This document shows, one piece after another, positions 49,309-59,417 of a stretch of 64,000 nt of DNA. Position numbers and translations under genes: made by a program. This DNA is from Nitrososphaeria archaeon (lineage in GTDB: Archaea > Thermoproteota > Nitrososphaeria > Geothermarchaeales > JDFR-13), in the NCBI GenBank assembly GCA_027078545.1, contig JALWXN010000004.1, positions 1,056,001 through 1,120,000 on the forward strand, in the 5' to 3' direction. Position 1 is the stretch's first letter. Each line of letters opens with the position of its first letter. The notes beneath the pieces were generated by a model. That model was not told the DNA's origin, made no database searches, and saw only the letters and a program-made list of their open reading frames with translations.

Positions 49309-51327
49309 CTACTCCCCCTTGAACCTCGGCTTCCTCTTCTCCAGGAAGGCCGATACACCCTCTATGAAGTCCTCCGTGGAGAAGGTTAGGCCGAAGAAGC
49401 CGGACTCTATCGCCTCTCCATGCCATAGATCCGTCTCTAGGCCTAGCTGTATCGAGTATTTAGCCGCTAGGAGCGCGAGTGGAGGCTTCTCAGCTAGTTT
49501 GAGGGCGAAGCTACGGGTATATTCCTCGAGCCTCTCAGGTGGGACCACCTTGTCAACCATCCCCATCTCAAGCGCCTCGTAGGCGTTGTACATATCGCCT
49601 GTATAGATCACCTCCTTAGCCTTTGACGGCCCTATCAGCCTAGCAAGCCTCTGCGTACCCGCGGCCCCAGGGATTATCCCAAGGTTTATCTCCGGCTGCC
49701 CCACAACGGCTAGTTCACTGGCTATGCGGAAGTCACCAGCCAGGGCCAGCTCCATACCTCCGCCCAGGGCGAAGCCATTTATCATGATTATGACAGGCTT
49801 CGTGAAGTACTCTATCTTGTTTGTCAGCTCCTGGAAACGCCTTGAGAATATTGCGGCCTTGAAGGGTGTGACACCGACGAAGCTATTGACATCTGCACCG
49901 GCGCTGAAGGCCCTACCCATACCTGTCAGTATCACCACCCTGATATCATCCATCTCCTCGATCCTGTTCAGAGCCTTGGAGAGCTCCTCTAGTAGCTTTG
50001 GCGAGAGTGCGTTGAGCTTGTCCGGCCTATTCAGTATTATCCATGCTAGGGGCTTCTCAAACCTTATTATCAGGGTGTCCATCCGCTCCTCCTCATAGCT
50101 TGGATACTTGTAGAAGCCCTCGCCACTCCTAACGCCTAGGAGGCCCTTACCAACCATCTCCCTCAGAAGCTGATCAGGCTCGAACATCTTCAGGCCTGAG
50201 GCGCTGTACATATGCTCCAACGCCTTCACCACATTGTCGAGGCCATACTCGTCGCCATACCTCAGTATACCCTTGGGGTAGCCCAGGCCTAGGACCGTGG
50301 CCTTATCAATATCATATTTAGACGCGATCCCCTCCCTAACCAGGTATGCAGCCTCGTTCACAGCTGGGGCTATAAGCATCACCGGGTTCAGATCCTCAGC
50401 CGCGTCCCTAGGTATCTCAGGCTTCACATACTTCCCAGGAGATGGGTACTGGTAGAAGCCCTCCCCACTCTTGACGCCATACTTACCCTCCCTATACTTC
50501 TCCTCGAAGAGTCCGCAGCTATATACCTCGGTACCCCTCTCGATCATCGCCTTAGCGACGAGGTAGAAGACGTCTATACCGCTATAGTCGGCCAGCTCGA
50601 AGACCCCCATCGGGAAGCCAAGCTTATACCTAGCCACGGCGTCGACAGCCTCTATAGAGGCGTTCCCACTCTCAACTAGCCAGCAGGAAGCCGCCATGAG
50701 CTTGAGCAGGATCCTGTTGACTATGAAGCCTGGGACATCCCTCTTAACAAGGACCGTCTGCTTACCAAACCTCTTCGCTAGGTCCTCGGTGATCTTGACG
50801 GTTAGGCTACTCGTCTTCTCCCCCCGTATCACCTCGACCAGCGGCATCAATGGGGGTGGGTTGAAGAAGTGCATACCAACAACCTTCTCAGGCCTCTTGG
50901 TAGCCTCTGCAATCTCGCTTATAGGGAGGCTACTCGTATTGGTAGCCAGGACAGCGTGCCCAGGGGCTAGCTCATCAACCTTAGAGAACACCTCCCGCTT
51001 AAGCTCGATCTTCTCAGGTATAGCCTCTATGACGAAGTCGGCATCCCCCACCGCCTCGGCAAGATCCAGCGTTGGGTGTATCCTAGCCATGATAGTATCA
51101 ACATCCTCCCTCAACATCCTCTTAGAGACCAGCTTCTCAACACTCCACCTTATCCTCCCCAGAGCATTGTCGAGGAACTCCTGCTTAATATCGTATAGAT
51201 AGACCTGGTACCCCGAGTACGCAGCCACCTCCGCAATCCCATGGCCCATCGTACCCGCTCCGAGGACGGCTATAACCCTTATGTCATCCACGGCCCCCAT
51301 CTCTACCACCCTATAGGCTGAGGACAT
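49309..51327 (-). CDS. 3-hydroxyacyl-CoA dehydrogenase / enoyl-CoA hydratase bifunctional protein
   Basis: GAGTMGHG, TNTSSL, HFFNP; C-terminal crotonase FSAGAD, GGGMEL, PEINLG. Start may be ATG 51300. Confidence 0.94.
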   Translation of the reverse strand: MSSAYRVVEMGAVDDIRVIAVLGAGTMGHGIAEVAAYSGYQVYLYDIKQEFLDNALGRIRWSVEKLVSKRMLREDVDTIMARIHPTLDLAEAVGDADFVIEAIPEKIELKREVFSKVDELAPGHAVLATNTSSLPISEIAEATKRPEKVVGMHFFNPPPLMPLVEVIRGEKTSSLTVKITEDLAKRFGKQTVLVKRDVPGFIVNRILLKLMAASCWLVESGNASIEAVDAVARYKLGFPMGVFELADYSGIDVFYLVAKAMIERGTEVYSCGLFEEKYREGKYGVKSGEGFYQYPSPGKYVKPEIPRDAAEDLNPVMLIAPAVNEAAYLVREGIASKYDIDKATVLGLGYPKGILRYGDEYGLDNVVKALEHMYSASGLKMFEPDQLLREMVGKGLLGVRSGEGFYKYPSYEEERMDTLIIRFEKPLAWIILNRPDKLNALSPKLLEELSKALNRIEEMDDIRVVILTGMGRAFSAGADVNSFVGVTPFKAAIFSRRFQELTNKIEYFTKPVIIMINGFALGGGMELALAGDFRIASELAVVGQPEINLGIIPGAAGTQRLARLIGPSKAKEVIYTGDMYNAYEALEMGMVDKVVPPERLEEYTRSFALKLAEKPPLALLAAKYSIQLGLETDLWHGEAIESGFFGLTFSTEDFIEGVSAFLEKRKPRFKGE

Positions 51328-52525
51328 CTATCCCAAAGCTCTTCTTCAGGAGCTGCCTGATCGTCGTGAGCCTCTGGATATCGTTGGTACCCTCGTAGAT
51401 CGTGGTGATTATAGAGTCCCTCAGGAAGTGCTCCACACCGGTCTCCTTATCAACCCCTACGCCTCCATGGACCTTTATAGCCAGGGCGGAGACCTTCTCA
51501 GCCACCTCAGTGGCATATGTCTTCGCCATCGAGGCGGCGAATACATACTCCTCCCTACCCTGGTCAGCAAGGTTGGCGGCCCAGTATGTGAGGAGCCTAG
51601 CCGTCTGGATCATGGTAAGCATATCCGCCAGCTTGAAGCTGACTGCCTGGAAGGATATTATCTGTCTCCCGAAGGCCTGCCTCTGAAGACTATAGTTGAA
51701 GGCCTTCTCAAACGCCCCCTGGGCTATACCCACAGCCTGGGCAGCTATACCAACCCTGCTATGGTCATAAGTGGCTAGGAGCATCTTGAAGCCCTCGTTC
51801 TCAGGCGGTATCAGGTTCTCCTCAGGCACCTCCACATTGTCCAGTATAACCTCGCTGGGATGCTCACCATCGAGGCCCATGACGTCGAACCTACTACCCA
51901 CCTCCACACCCGGCCAGTCACGCTCCACGATGAAGAGCGAGATACCCCACCACCTCTTCCTACGCTCCTCAGGCGGCGGGCTTGTCCTAGCCGACACTAC
52001 GAAGTAGTCCGCCTTATCCGCACCAGTGATGAAGATCTTCCTACCGTTGATGATGTACTTATCACCCTCCTTACGGGCCGTCGTCTGGATACCGGCCACG
52101 TCGCTACCCGCTGCTGGCTCGGTATTGGCGTGGGCAGCGAACTTCTCACCCCTAGCCACAGGCGGGATATACTTCTTTTTCTGCTCCTCAGTGCCGAAGG
52201 TCATCACTGGGTATGTGAAGAGACCGTTTACGAGGAGGCCTGTACCGAAGGCTGGGAGGACCCTGGAGATCTCCTCCATCAGTATAACGAGGTACATCGA
52301 GCCTCCTCCCTGGCCACCCAGCTCCTCCGGGATCCCTATGCCTGTGAAGCCCATCTCGACAGCCTTCCTATACAGCTCCTCGGGTATGACGCCCTCCTTA
52401 ACCACCTTAACAGCTATCGGCTCTATCTCACGCTCGACGAACTCCCTGACACTAGCCCTGAAAATCTCCAGCTCGTCATCGATCTCGATGGAGTAGTCCT
52501 TGACACTGGTGAAGGGGAACACCAT
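51311..52525 (-). CDS. Acyl-CoA dehydrogenase
   Basis: TEPAAGSD, NGRKIFITG, RQAFG, HGGVG, IYEGT. Start refined to ATG 52525. Confidence 0.94.
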   Translation of the reverse strand: MVFPFTSVKDYSIEIDDELEIFRASVREFVEREIEPIAVKVVKEGVIPEELYRKAVEMGFTGIGIPEELGGQGGGSMYLVILMEEISRVLPAFGTGLLVNGLFTYPVMTFGTEEQKKKYIPPVARGEKFAAHANTEPAAGSDVAGIQTTARKEGDKYIINGRKIFITGADKADYFVVSARTSPPPEERRKRWWGISLFIVERDWPGVEVGSRFDVMGLDGEHPSEVILDNVEVPEENLIPPENEGFKMLLATYDHSRVGIAAQAVGIAQGAFEKAFNYSLQRQAFGRQIISFQAVSFKLADMLTMIQTARLLTYWAANLADQGREEYVFAASMAKTYATEVAEKVSALAIKVHGGVGVDKETGVEHFLRDSIITTIYEGTNDIQRLTTIRQLLKKSFGIDVLSL

Positions 52526-52632
52526 GTCAACCACACTAGTATAATCCCGGTAGGTGTAAAAAATAGGGGGATTATAACTGGCGGAGAGGCTAATGGGGAA
52601 GGAAGATATAAAGTGTTGGGGGGTATGCCCGG

Positions 52633-53199
52633 CTACTCCTCGGCCGGGACCCACTCATAGGTTATATAGTTCTCCGGCTTCCTCCTCACGATCTCCAGCC
52701 GCATCTTCATACCTATCCGGAGCTTCGACGGGTCGTCAGCCCTTATCCAAGCCGTGACATTGATCCCCTCAGGGAGCCTGACAATACCGACGATATAGTC
52801 GTCGTAGTGGCTGAAGCTATAGGGCTTCACATTGATCTGTGTATAGGTGAGGAGCTCACCCTCCCTCGAGAGCTCAACCCACTCCATATCACTCTTCCTA
52901 CACTTGGGGCAGTCCTTCTGGGGCGGGAAGTAGAGCTCCCCACAGGACCTACACTTGGTGGTGACGAACTTACCATCTATAAGCTTGTCGAAGAACTCCT
53001 TGATACCCTCCACGCTTATGACGAACCGCGTAGTTATCCACCTCTGGTCATACCACTGTAGAGCCCCACTCTTCATGTCTGGGAATGTGGGTAGGCCCAG
53101 GCTATCCTTCATACTCTCTACGAACTCCTCAAACTCCTTCATCTGCTTATCGAAGAGCTCCCTCTGACTAACCTTCTCCTCCCTACTCATACCACTCAC
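52633..53199 (-). CDS. DUF35 Zn-ribbon/OB-fold thiolase partner
   Basis: CRSC..YFPP...CPKC followed by an OB fold; overlaps the thiolase stop. Confidence 0.9.
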   Translation of the reverse strand: MSGMSREEKVSQRELFDKQMKEFEEFVESMKDSLGLPTFPDMKSGALQWYDQRWITTRFVISVEGIKEFFDKLIDGKFVTTKCRSCGELYFPPQKDCPKCRKSDMEWVELSREGELLTYTQINVKPYSFSHYDDYIVGIVRLPEGINVTAWIRADDPSKLRIGMKMRLEIVRRKPENYITYEWVPAEE

Positions 53200-54389
53200 C
53201 TCCCAGGCCTATCGAGGGATAGGATCGTGACATATGCATAGTGCCCAGTACCCCCGACGTTATGGGCTATGGCACGGCCCTTCTCTATCGGCGCCTGCCT
53301 ATCCTTCTCAACCCTCTGGAGCAGCTGGTTAGTCAGCTCGGCCACCATGCCCACACCGGTAGCCCCTATGGGGTGTCCCTTCGCCTTTAGGCCACCGCTC
53401 AGGTTTACCGGGATCTTCCCACCTATATAGGTCTCCCCATCCCTAAGCATCTTATGCCCCTCGCCGGGCTTGGCGAAGCGTAGATCCTCATACGCCATAA
53501 CCTCAGCAATTGTGAAGCAGTCATGGACCTCCGCCACGTCGAAGTATTTATACATCTCATACCCATCCAGGATCCCAGCCTGCATATATGCCTGCTCAGC
53601 AGCTAGTCGAGCTGCCCGTAGATATGTGAAGTCATCCCTCTTACTCAGGTTAGCCGTGTCGGAGGCATGCCCAATAGCCTCTATCCAGACAGGGGTGTCT
53701 GTAAGCTCCCTCGCTACCTCGCCACTAGCCAGTATAACCGCTGAGGAGCCATCGGTTATGGGGCTACAGTCGTATAGCTTTAGGGGCCACGCAATGTAGC
53801 GGGACGACATACACTTCTCCAGCGTAACCTCCTTCTGGAAATGGGCCTTAGGGTTCCTAGCACCGTAGTAATGGTTCTTCACAGCCGCTAGGCAGAGATC
53901 CTCCTCGGTAGCGCCATACCTATCCATATATGCAGTCGCGTAGAGGGCGTAGTAGCCGGGGAAGGTTAGTCCGAAGTTATGGAACTCCCAGAAATAGTTC
54001 CCAGCCCTACCTATGAACTCCACCACCGTAGGGGTGGGCGACTCATTCATCTTCTCCAGGCCTATAGCCATCGCTATATCCACAGATCCCGACGCAACCA
54101 TGTCATAGGCAAGCTTAACAGCAGCACTCCCAGATGCGCAGGCCGCCTCTACACGGGCCGTACCCTTAGGCGTCAAGCCGGAATACTCACCTATAACGAC
54201 GGCTGGTAGGTACTCACTGCTCCAGCCACCCACGCTGCTAACGACGAAGTACTCGATATCCCTCTGCTCCAGCCCAGCATCATCGAGGGCCATCGAGATC
54301 GACTCCCAGGCCAGCTCCCCAATATTCACGTCGCTCCTGACGCCATACCTACTGTGCCCCACACCCACTATCGCGACGTCCCTAGCCAT
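53196..54389 (-). CDS. Acetyl-CoA acyltransferase (SCP-x type thiolase)
   Basis: EAACASG, EVHDCF, KGHPIGATG, HNVGG. Confidence 0.93.
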   Translation of the reverse strand: MARDVAIVGVGHSRYGVRSDVNIGELAWESISMALDDAGLEQRDIEYFVVSSVGGWSSEYLPAVVIGEYSGLTPKGTARVEAACASGSAAVKLAYDMVASGSVDIAMAIGLEKMNESPTPTVVEFIGRAGNYFWEFHNFGLTFPGYYALYATAYMDRYGATEEDLCLAAVKNHYYGARNPKAHFQKEVTLEKCMSSRYIAWPLKLYDCSPITDGSSAVILASGEVARELTDTPVWIEAIGHASDTANLSKRDDFTYLRAARLAAEQAYMQAGILDGYEMYKYFDVAEVHDCFTIAEVMAYEDLRFAKPGEGHKMLRDGETYIGGKIPVNLSGGLKAKGHPIGATGVGMVAELTNQLLQRVEKDRQAPIEKGRAIAHNVGGTGHYAYVTILSLDRPGR

Positions 54390-54496
54390 AGAGCCACCTC
54401 CGTATAATAATCAGCCCCCCTGAAATATCTTTCAAGGTATTGTCTAGAGAGTCTACACAGCCCTTTATAACGTGGAGAGGATGATTTCATAGGTGG

Positions 54497-54847
54497 TTGA
54501 TCAAGATGGACCTAGAGACAGCCCGCCAGAAGTTCATGGAGGTCTATAACAAGGCGCTGGAGAAGATTGGGGACGAGGTGAAGGGGTGGAACAAGGTCTT
54601 CCAGTTCGAGGTAGAGGGGCTACCAGAGTTCTACATAGAGTTTAGCAACGGCGAGGTGAGCATAGTAGAGGGGAGGCATGAGAGGCCACTAGCAACCCTC
54701 AAGATGAGCCAGGAGGTCTTCGAGAAGATACTGAACCTCGAGATGGACCCGATGAGGGCCTTCATGATGGGGAAGATGAAGATCACGGGGAATGTGATAG
54801 AGACGGCTAACCTCAGGAAGATCTTCGACGTGGTTAGGAAGGGGTAG
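54497..54847 (+). CDS. SCP2 sterol/lipid-binding domain protein
   Basis: DPMRAFMMGKMKITGN signature. Confidence 0.9.
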   Translation: MIKMDLETARQKFMEVYNKALEKIGDEVKGWNKVFQFEVEGLPEFYIEFSNGEVSIVEGRHERPLATLKMSQEVFEKILNLEMDPMRAFMMGKMKITGNVIETANLRKIFDVVRKG

Positions 54848-54929
54848 ACACCCCATCCATTCTTTATATAAAGCCTAAACCCATCTCCTTAAGCCCGATT
54901 AATAACGACTCATTGGGAATTCTTTTTTA

Positions 54930-56666
54930 ATGACAAGTGAGACCGCGCCCGACAAGGAGGTCTTCGAGAAGTACTACCTCTCGAAGCCCTGGCTCGAGAA
55001 CTATGAGCCGGAGACCCCTAGGGAGATAGAGATCCCGGAGAAGCCGCTATACACCATCCTCGACGACAGCTACAACATAGCGAGGGACCATACAGCACTC
55101 ATCTTCCTAGGTAGGAGGATAAGCTATGAGGAGCTCCACCAGATGAGCGAGAGGTTCGGCTACATACTCCAGAAGAGGTTCGGCGTGGAGAAGGGGGACA
55201 GGGTCGCGCTATATCTGCCAAACACCCCCCAGTTCGTCATAGCCTACTACGGAGCCCTTAAGGCAGGGGCTACAGTCACACCGGCATCACCACTATACAC
55301 GGGGGAGGAGCTTGCCAGACAGCTCAACGACAGCGGTGCAAAGGTACTGGTCGCTATAGACCTCTTCACCGATAACGTCGAGAAGGCCTTCAAGGACTCC
55401 GGGGTGGAGAAGGTCATATACACGGGGATAGACGACTACCTCCCCGGGCTAAAGGCATTCATATACCGGACATTCATGAAGAAGGTGAAGCCACCGATAG
55501 ACAATAGGGAGAGGTTCCAGTTCAAGAAGCTCCTGGAGAGTGAGTCGGGGACAGTGGATAGGCCGGAGATCGAGCCCAAGGAGGACCTGGCCGCACTCAT
55601 GTATACAGGTGGGACCACTGGGATACCCAAGGGGGCTATGCTGACCCACTACAACCTCTACTCAAACATCCTACAGATCGATGCATGGCTATTCAGGGGG
55701 AGGAAGAAGAGGGATATATTCGTGGGCCTCCTACCATGGTTCCACATATATGGCCAGACGGCCGTGATGAACTTCGGAATCTTTTCGGCGGGAACGATAA
55801 TAGTCCTCCCCAGGCTAGACATCAAGGAGCTCCTCAAATCCATCGAGAAGTATAGGGCCAACGTATTCCACGGAGTCCCAACCCTCTATGCATACCTCAT
55901 CAACTATAAAGACATCAAGAAGTACGACCTGACAAGCATAGAGGCATGTATAAGCGGTGCAGCACCACTACCAGTATCAGTGGCGGAGAAGTTCGAGGAG
56001 ATAACCGGGGGTAAGCTGAGGGAGGGATACGGGCTCACCGAGACCAGCCCAGTCACCCATGTAAACCCGATATATGGGAAGTATAAGTTCGGCTCGATAG
56101 GCCTACCAGTACCCAACACGATAGCTGCTATAGCGGATCCCGAGAAGGACGAGTTCCTACCACCCGGGGAGGTGGGCGAGCTAGTAGTCACCGGCCCACA
56201 GGTGATGAAGGGCTACTACAAGAGGGATGATGAGAACCAGAAGGTCTTCTTCGAGAAGTATGGCTATAGATGGTTCAGGACAGGCGACATGGCAAAGATG
56301 GATGAGGAGGGATACTTCTACATAGTCGATAGGAAGAAGGACCTGATCAAGTATAAGGGATACAGCGTCTTCCCAAGGGAGGTCGAGGAGGTACTATATA
56401 GGCATGAGGCGGTGAAGGAGGCCGCCGTGATAGGCGTTCCACACCCAGAGTATGGGGAGCTGGTGAAGGCATTCATAGTCCTGAAGGATGAGTATAAGGG
56501 GAAGGTGACCGCCGAGGACATCATAAACTATGCTAAACAGTACCTAGCACCCTACAAGGTGCCGAAGGAGATAGAGTTTAGGGACGATCTACCCAAGAGC
56601 GCCGTGGGGAAGGTCCTGAGGAGGGTCCTCCGCGAGGAGGAGATGAGGAAGAGGGGACAGGCCTAG
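54930..56666 (+). CDS. fadD: Long-chain fatty acid--CoA ligase
   Basis: YTGGTTGIPKG, EGYGLTE, RTGD, DRKKD, LPKSAVGK. Confidence 0.93.
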   Translation: MTSETAPDKEVFEKYYLSKPWLENYEPETPREIEIPEKPLYTILDDSYNIARDHTALIFLGRRISYEELHQMSERFGYILQKRFGVEKGDRVALYLPNTPQFVIAYYGALKAGATVTPASPLYTGEELARQLNDSGAKVLVAIDLFTDNVEKAFKDSGVEKVIYTGIDDYLPGLKAFIYRTFMKKVKPPIDNRERFQFKKLLESESGTVDRPEIEPKEDLAALMYTGGTTGIPKGAMLTHYNLYSNILQIDAWLFRGRKKRDIFVGLLPWFHIYGQTAVMNFGIFSAGTIIVLPRLDIKELLKSIEKYRANVFHGVPTLYAYLINYKDIKKYDLTSIEACISGAAPLPVSVAEKFEEITGGKLREGYGLTETSPVTHVNPIYGKYKFGSIGLPVPNTIAAIADPEKDEFLPPGEVGELVVTGPQVMKGYYKRDDENQKVFFEKYGYRWFRTGDMAKMDEEGYFYIVDRKKDLIKYKGYSVFPREVEEVLYRHEAVKEAAVIGVPHPEYGELVKAFIVLKDEYKGKVTAEDIINYAKQYLAPYKVPKEIEFRDDLPKSAVGKVLRRVLREEEMRKRGQA

Positions 56667-56752
56667 GCCTAAACCACCCCCACTTTATATACCTCCTACC
56701 ATTATAGGCATAGACAACCCCCTCATTCCAGGGGAGCAGGAGGACATACTAG

Positions 56753-57688
56753 ATGAGGATAGACCTGGGGATAGCGGTCCTACTACTCATCCTAGCCAGC
56801 ATATCCATACCACTCGGCCCCAGGCTCGATGGATGGTGCTACCAGCTACAGGGCTTCGAGCCGGGAGACCTACCCCCGGGATGCAGCGTACTAGTGATAG
56901 ACTACTCTAGGGACGGAACCGACCAGGGGATGTACAGCGGCGAGGAGATAGGGAGGCTGGTGGAGGAGGGGGTCGAGGTATATGTATACCTGAGTATAGG
57001 GGAGGCGGAGGACTACCGCTTCTACTGGATGGATGAGTGGAGCACAGACCCACCGCCATGGCTCGACGAGGAGAACCCGGAGTGGCCTGGTAACTACCTA
57101 GTGAAGTACTGGATGCAGGGATGGAGAGAGATCCTCGACCAGTACATATCCAGGATAGTATCCCAAGGCTTCACCGGCGTATACCTAGACAAGGTGGACA
57201 GCTACTACACATGGAGCCTCAAGGGCTATGACGTAAACTGGACAGCCCGGGAGATGGCGAGCCTCATAACATGGATACGAGGCAGGCTCCCAAGCCACAT
57301 GAAGATCATACCCCAGAACGGGGTCGACATACTCCTATACATGCCAGACCTGATAGACATTGTAGACGGCTGGGGCCTGGAAGACCTCTTCTACAACGGG
57401 CCTGAGCAGCAAGACCCTGGAGACACGGCCTGGAGGATGAGGTTCGTGGAGGAGCTCCTAGAGGCTGATAAGGATATCTACATAGTCGAGTATCTATATA
57501 GTGGGGAGCTTACAAGGGAGATAGTAGCCCTCCATATAGAGGCCCGGCTGAGGGGGCTACACCCATACGTGGCCCACCAGGACAGGGCCCTAGACGAGAT
57601 AATAGTTATCCCCGGGATACAGCCCGAGACCGATCCATACAGCCTGATACATACCGCTATAAAGGCCCTCGGGTGGTGGAATGGGTGA
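56753..57688 (+). CDS. MJ1477/TM1410-family (GH114-like) secreted glycoside hydrolase
   Basis: Signal peptide; YLSIGEAEDYR.YW, ENPEWPGNY.VKYW, GVYLD.VD, PQNG. Confidence 0.85.
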   Translation: MRIDLGIAVLLLILASISIPLGPRLDGWCYQLQGFEPGDLPPGCSVLVIDYSRDGTDQGMYSGEEIGRLVEEGVEVYVYLSIGEAEDYRFYWMDEWSTDPPPWLDEENPEWPGNYLVKYWMQGWREILDQYISRIVSQGFTGVYLDKVDSYYTWSLKGYDVNWTAREMASLITWIRGRLPSHMKIIPQNGVDILLYMPDLIDIVDGWGLEDLFYNGPEQQDPGDTAWRMRFVEELLEADKDIYIVEYLYSGELTREIVALHIEARLRGLHPYVAHQDRALDEIIVIPGIQPETDPYSLIHTAIKALGWWNG

Positions 57689-59411
57689 GAAATACATAGT
57701 CGTAGCTGAGAAGCCATCAGTCGCGAGGGAGCTCCGCAGATTCTTCAAATATATGAAGATAGACGCCCTCACAACATCTACCAGGGGCCACATCTACAAC
57801 CTAGACTTCCCAAGCGACATGGGCTGGGGAAAGGTAGAGCCCAAAGAACTCTTCGAACGATACGACAGGATAGTCTATAAGGTGGTAGACAAGAAGACAT
57901 ACTACAACCTTAAGAAGCTATTCAGGACCGAGAGGAGGAGGATACTGGTCATAGCAACGGACAACGACTCGGAGGGAGAGCTGATAGGCTACGAGATCCT
58001 CCGGATATATGAAGAGGTGAATGGCAGGCCAGAGAAGTACTACAGGATGAGGTTCAACAGCCTAGACTACAAGGAGCTACGCAGAGCCTGGCTCAAGAAG
58101 GAGAGAAGCCTAAACTGGAGATGGGTCTACAAGGCCCTATTCAGGACATACTTCGACCTCATAACGGGGGCGGCCTTCACACGGATACTCACATACAGCG
58201 TGGGGAGGAGGGGGAACCCCATATCCTGGGGGAGCTGCCAGACACCCACGCTATACTTCGTCGTCGAGAGGGAGAGGCAGAGGAAGGCCTTCAAGAGGGA
58301 GAAGTACTACTACATAGCCGTGGAGGTGGAGAAGAACGGTGTAAGGGTAACCCTAACCAGCCAACACTTCAAGAAGCAGAGGGAGGCGGAGTACCTAGCC
58401 AAGGAGATTGGGGAGGCGGGCTACATAACAGTCACGAAGTATAGCAAGGAGAGGTTCGGGGAGAGGAGGCCCCTACCCATAGCAACGGACTACCTATTGA
58501 GAGACCTTACGAGGATCATGAAGATCGACGCGGCGGAGATACTCTCCATAGCGGAGGACCTATACAGCAGGGGATACATATCCTACCCTAGGACGGAGAC
58601 GGATAGATACCCAGCCACATTCGACCACAGCCAGCCATACAAGGCAGTAGCCGAGTCGGAGATAGGCGGGATAGTGGTCTACACCAAGGGATGGCCAAAC
58701 CCAAAGCCGAACCCTAGGCAGGGTAGGAAGGACGACAAGGCCCACCCCCCGATATACCCGGTCAAGCCCTACCCCCGGGACGGTAGTAAGCACTGGACGG
58801 TATGGGAATATGTCGCGAGGAGATACCTGGCAAACGCCTATGGAGACGATGCCTTCGGCTTCAAACAGTCGGTAGAAGCGGTGTATGGAGACGTGGTATT
58901 CACCGGCCACGGGAGATACTACGCCTACGAAGGGTTCCACAAGATCTTCCCATACTTCAGGGCGAGGGACAACCCGCTCCCAGAGTTCCAGGTGGGTGAG
59001 CGTCTAAAGGTGCTTAACATAGAGGTGAGGACAGGTAGGACCGAGCCACCCCCACGCCTATCAGAGGCAGACCTACTAAAGATGATGGAGGACCACGGGA
59101 TAGGTACCGACGCCACCAGAGCAATGTATCCGAGGATCATCGTGAAGAGGAGGTATGCATCCAAGAGGGGAGGGCGCTTCACACCCTCGAAGCTAGGTAT
59201 GAGGTTTATAGAGTTCCTAGAGGAGATCGATAAGAGGCTGGTAACACCGGAGACGAGGAGATACGTGGAGGAGATGATGCGGCGGATAGAGGAGGGCGAA
59301 CTATCGATGGAGCAGGCCCTAGAAAAATCCCTAGAGATCTATAGATCACTATTCGACAAACTGGTGGAGCACAAGGAGGAGATCGATGGACTGGCTGGCG
59401 ATAAGGGATAA
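57681..59411 (+). CDS. topA: Type IA DNA topoisomerase (Topo III-like), no C-terminal zinc ribbons
   Basis: AEKPS, ATDNDSEGE (TOPRIM), QTPTL, GYISYPRTET (catalytic Tyr), HPPIYP, GIGTDAT. Confidence 0.93.
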   Translation: MGEKYIVVAEKPSVARELRRFFKYMKIDALTTSTRGHIYNLDFPSDMGWGKVEPKELFERYDRIVYKVVDKKTYYNLKKLFRTERRRILVIATDNDSEGELIGYEILRIYEEVNGRPEKYYRMRFNSLDYKELRRAWLKKERSLNWRWVYKALFRTYFDLITGAAFTRILTYSVGRRGNPISWGSCQTPTLYFVVERERQRKAFKREKYYYIAVEVEKNGVRVTLTSQHFKKQREAEYLAKEIGEAGYITVTKYSKERFGERRPLPIATDYLLRDLTRIMKIDAAEILSIAEDLYSRGYISYPRTETDRYPATFDHSQPYKAVAESEIGGIVVYTKGWPNPKPNPRQGRKDDKAHPPIYPVKPYPRDGSKHWTVWEYVARRYLANAYGDDAFGFKQSVEAVYGDVVFTGHGRYYAYEGFHKIFPYFRARDNPLPEFQVGERLKVLNIEVRTGRTEPPPRLSEADLLKMMEDHGIGTDATRAMYPRIIVKRRYASKRGGRFTPSKLGMRFIEFLEEIDKRLVTPETRRYVEEMMRRIEEGELSMEQALEKSLEIYRSLFDKLVEHKEEIDGLAGDKG

Positions 59412-59417
59412 TCAAGG

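Noticed and set aside
52526-52654. N-terminal extension of the acyl-CoA dehydrogenase ORF
   Set aside because: It overlaps DUF35 and an intergenic promoter-like tract; ATG 52525 is more plausible.
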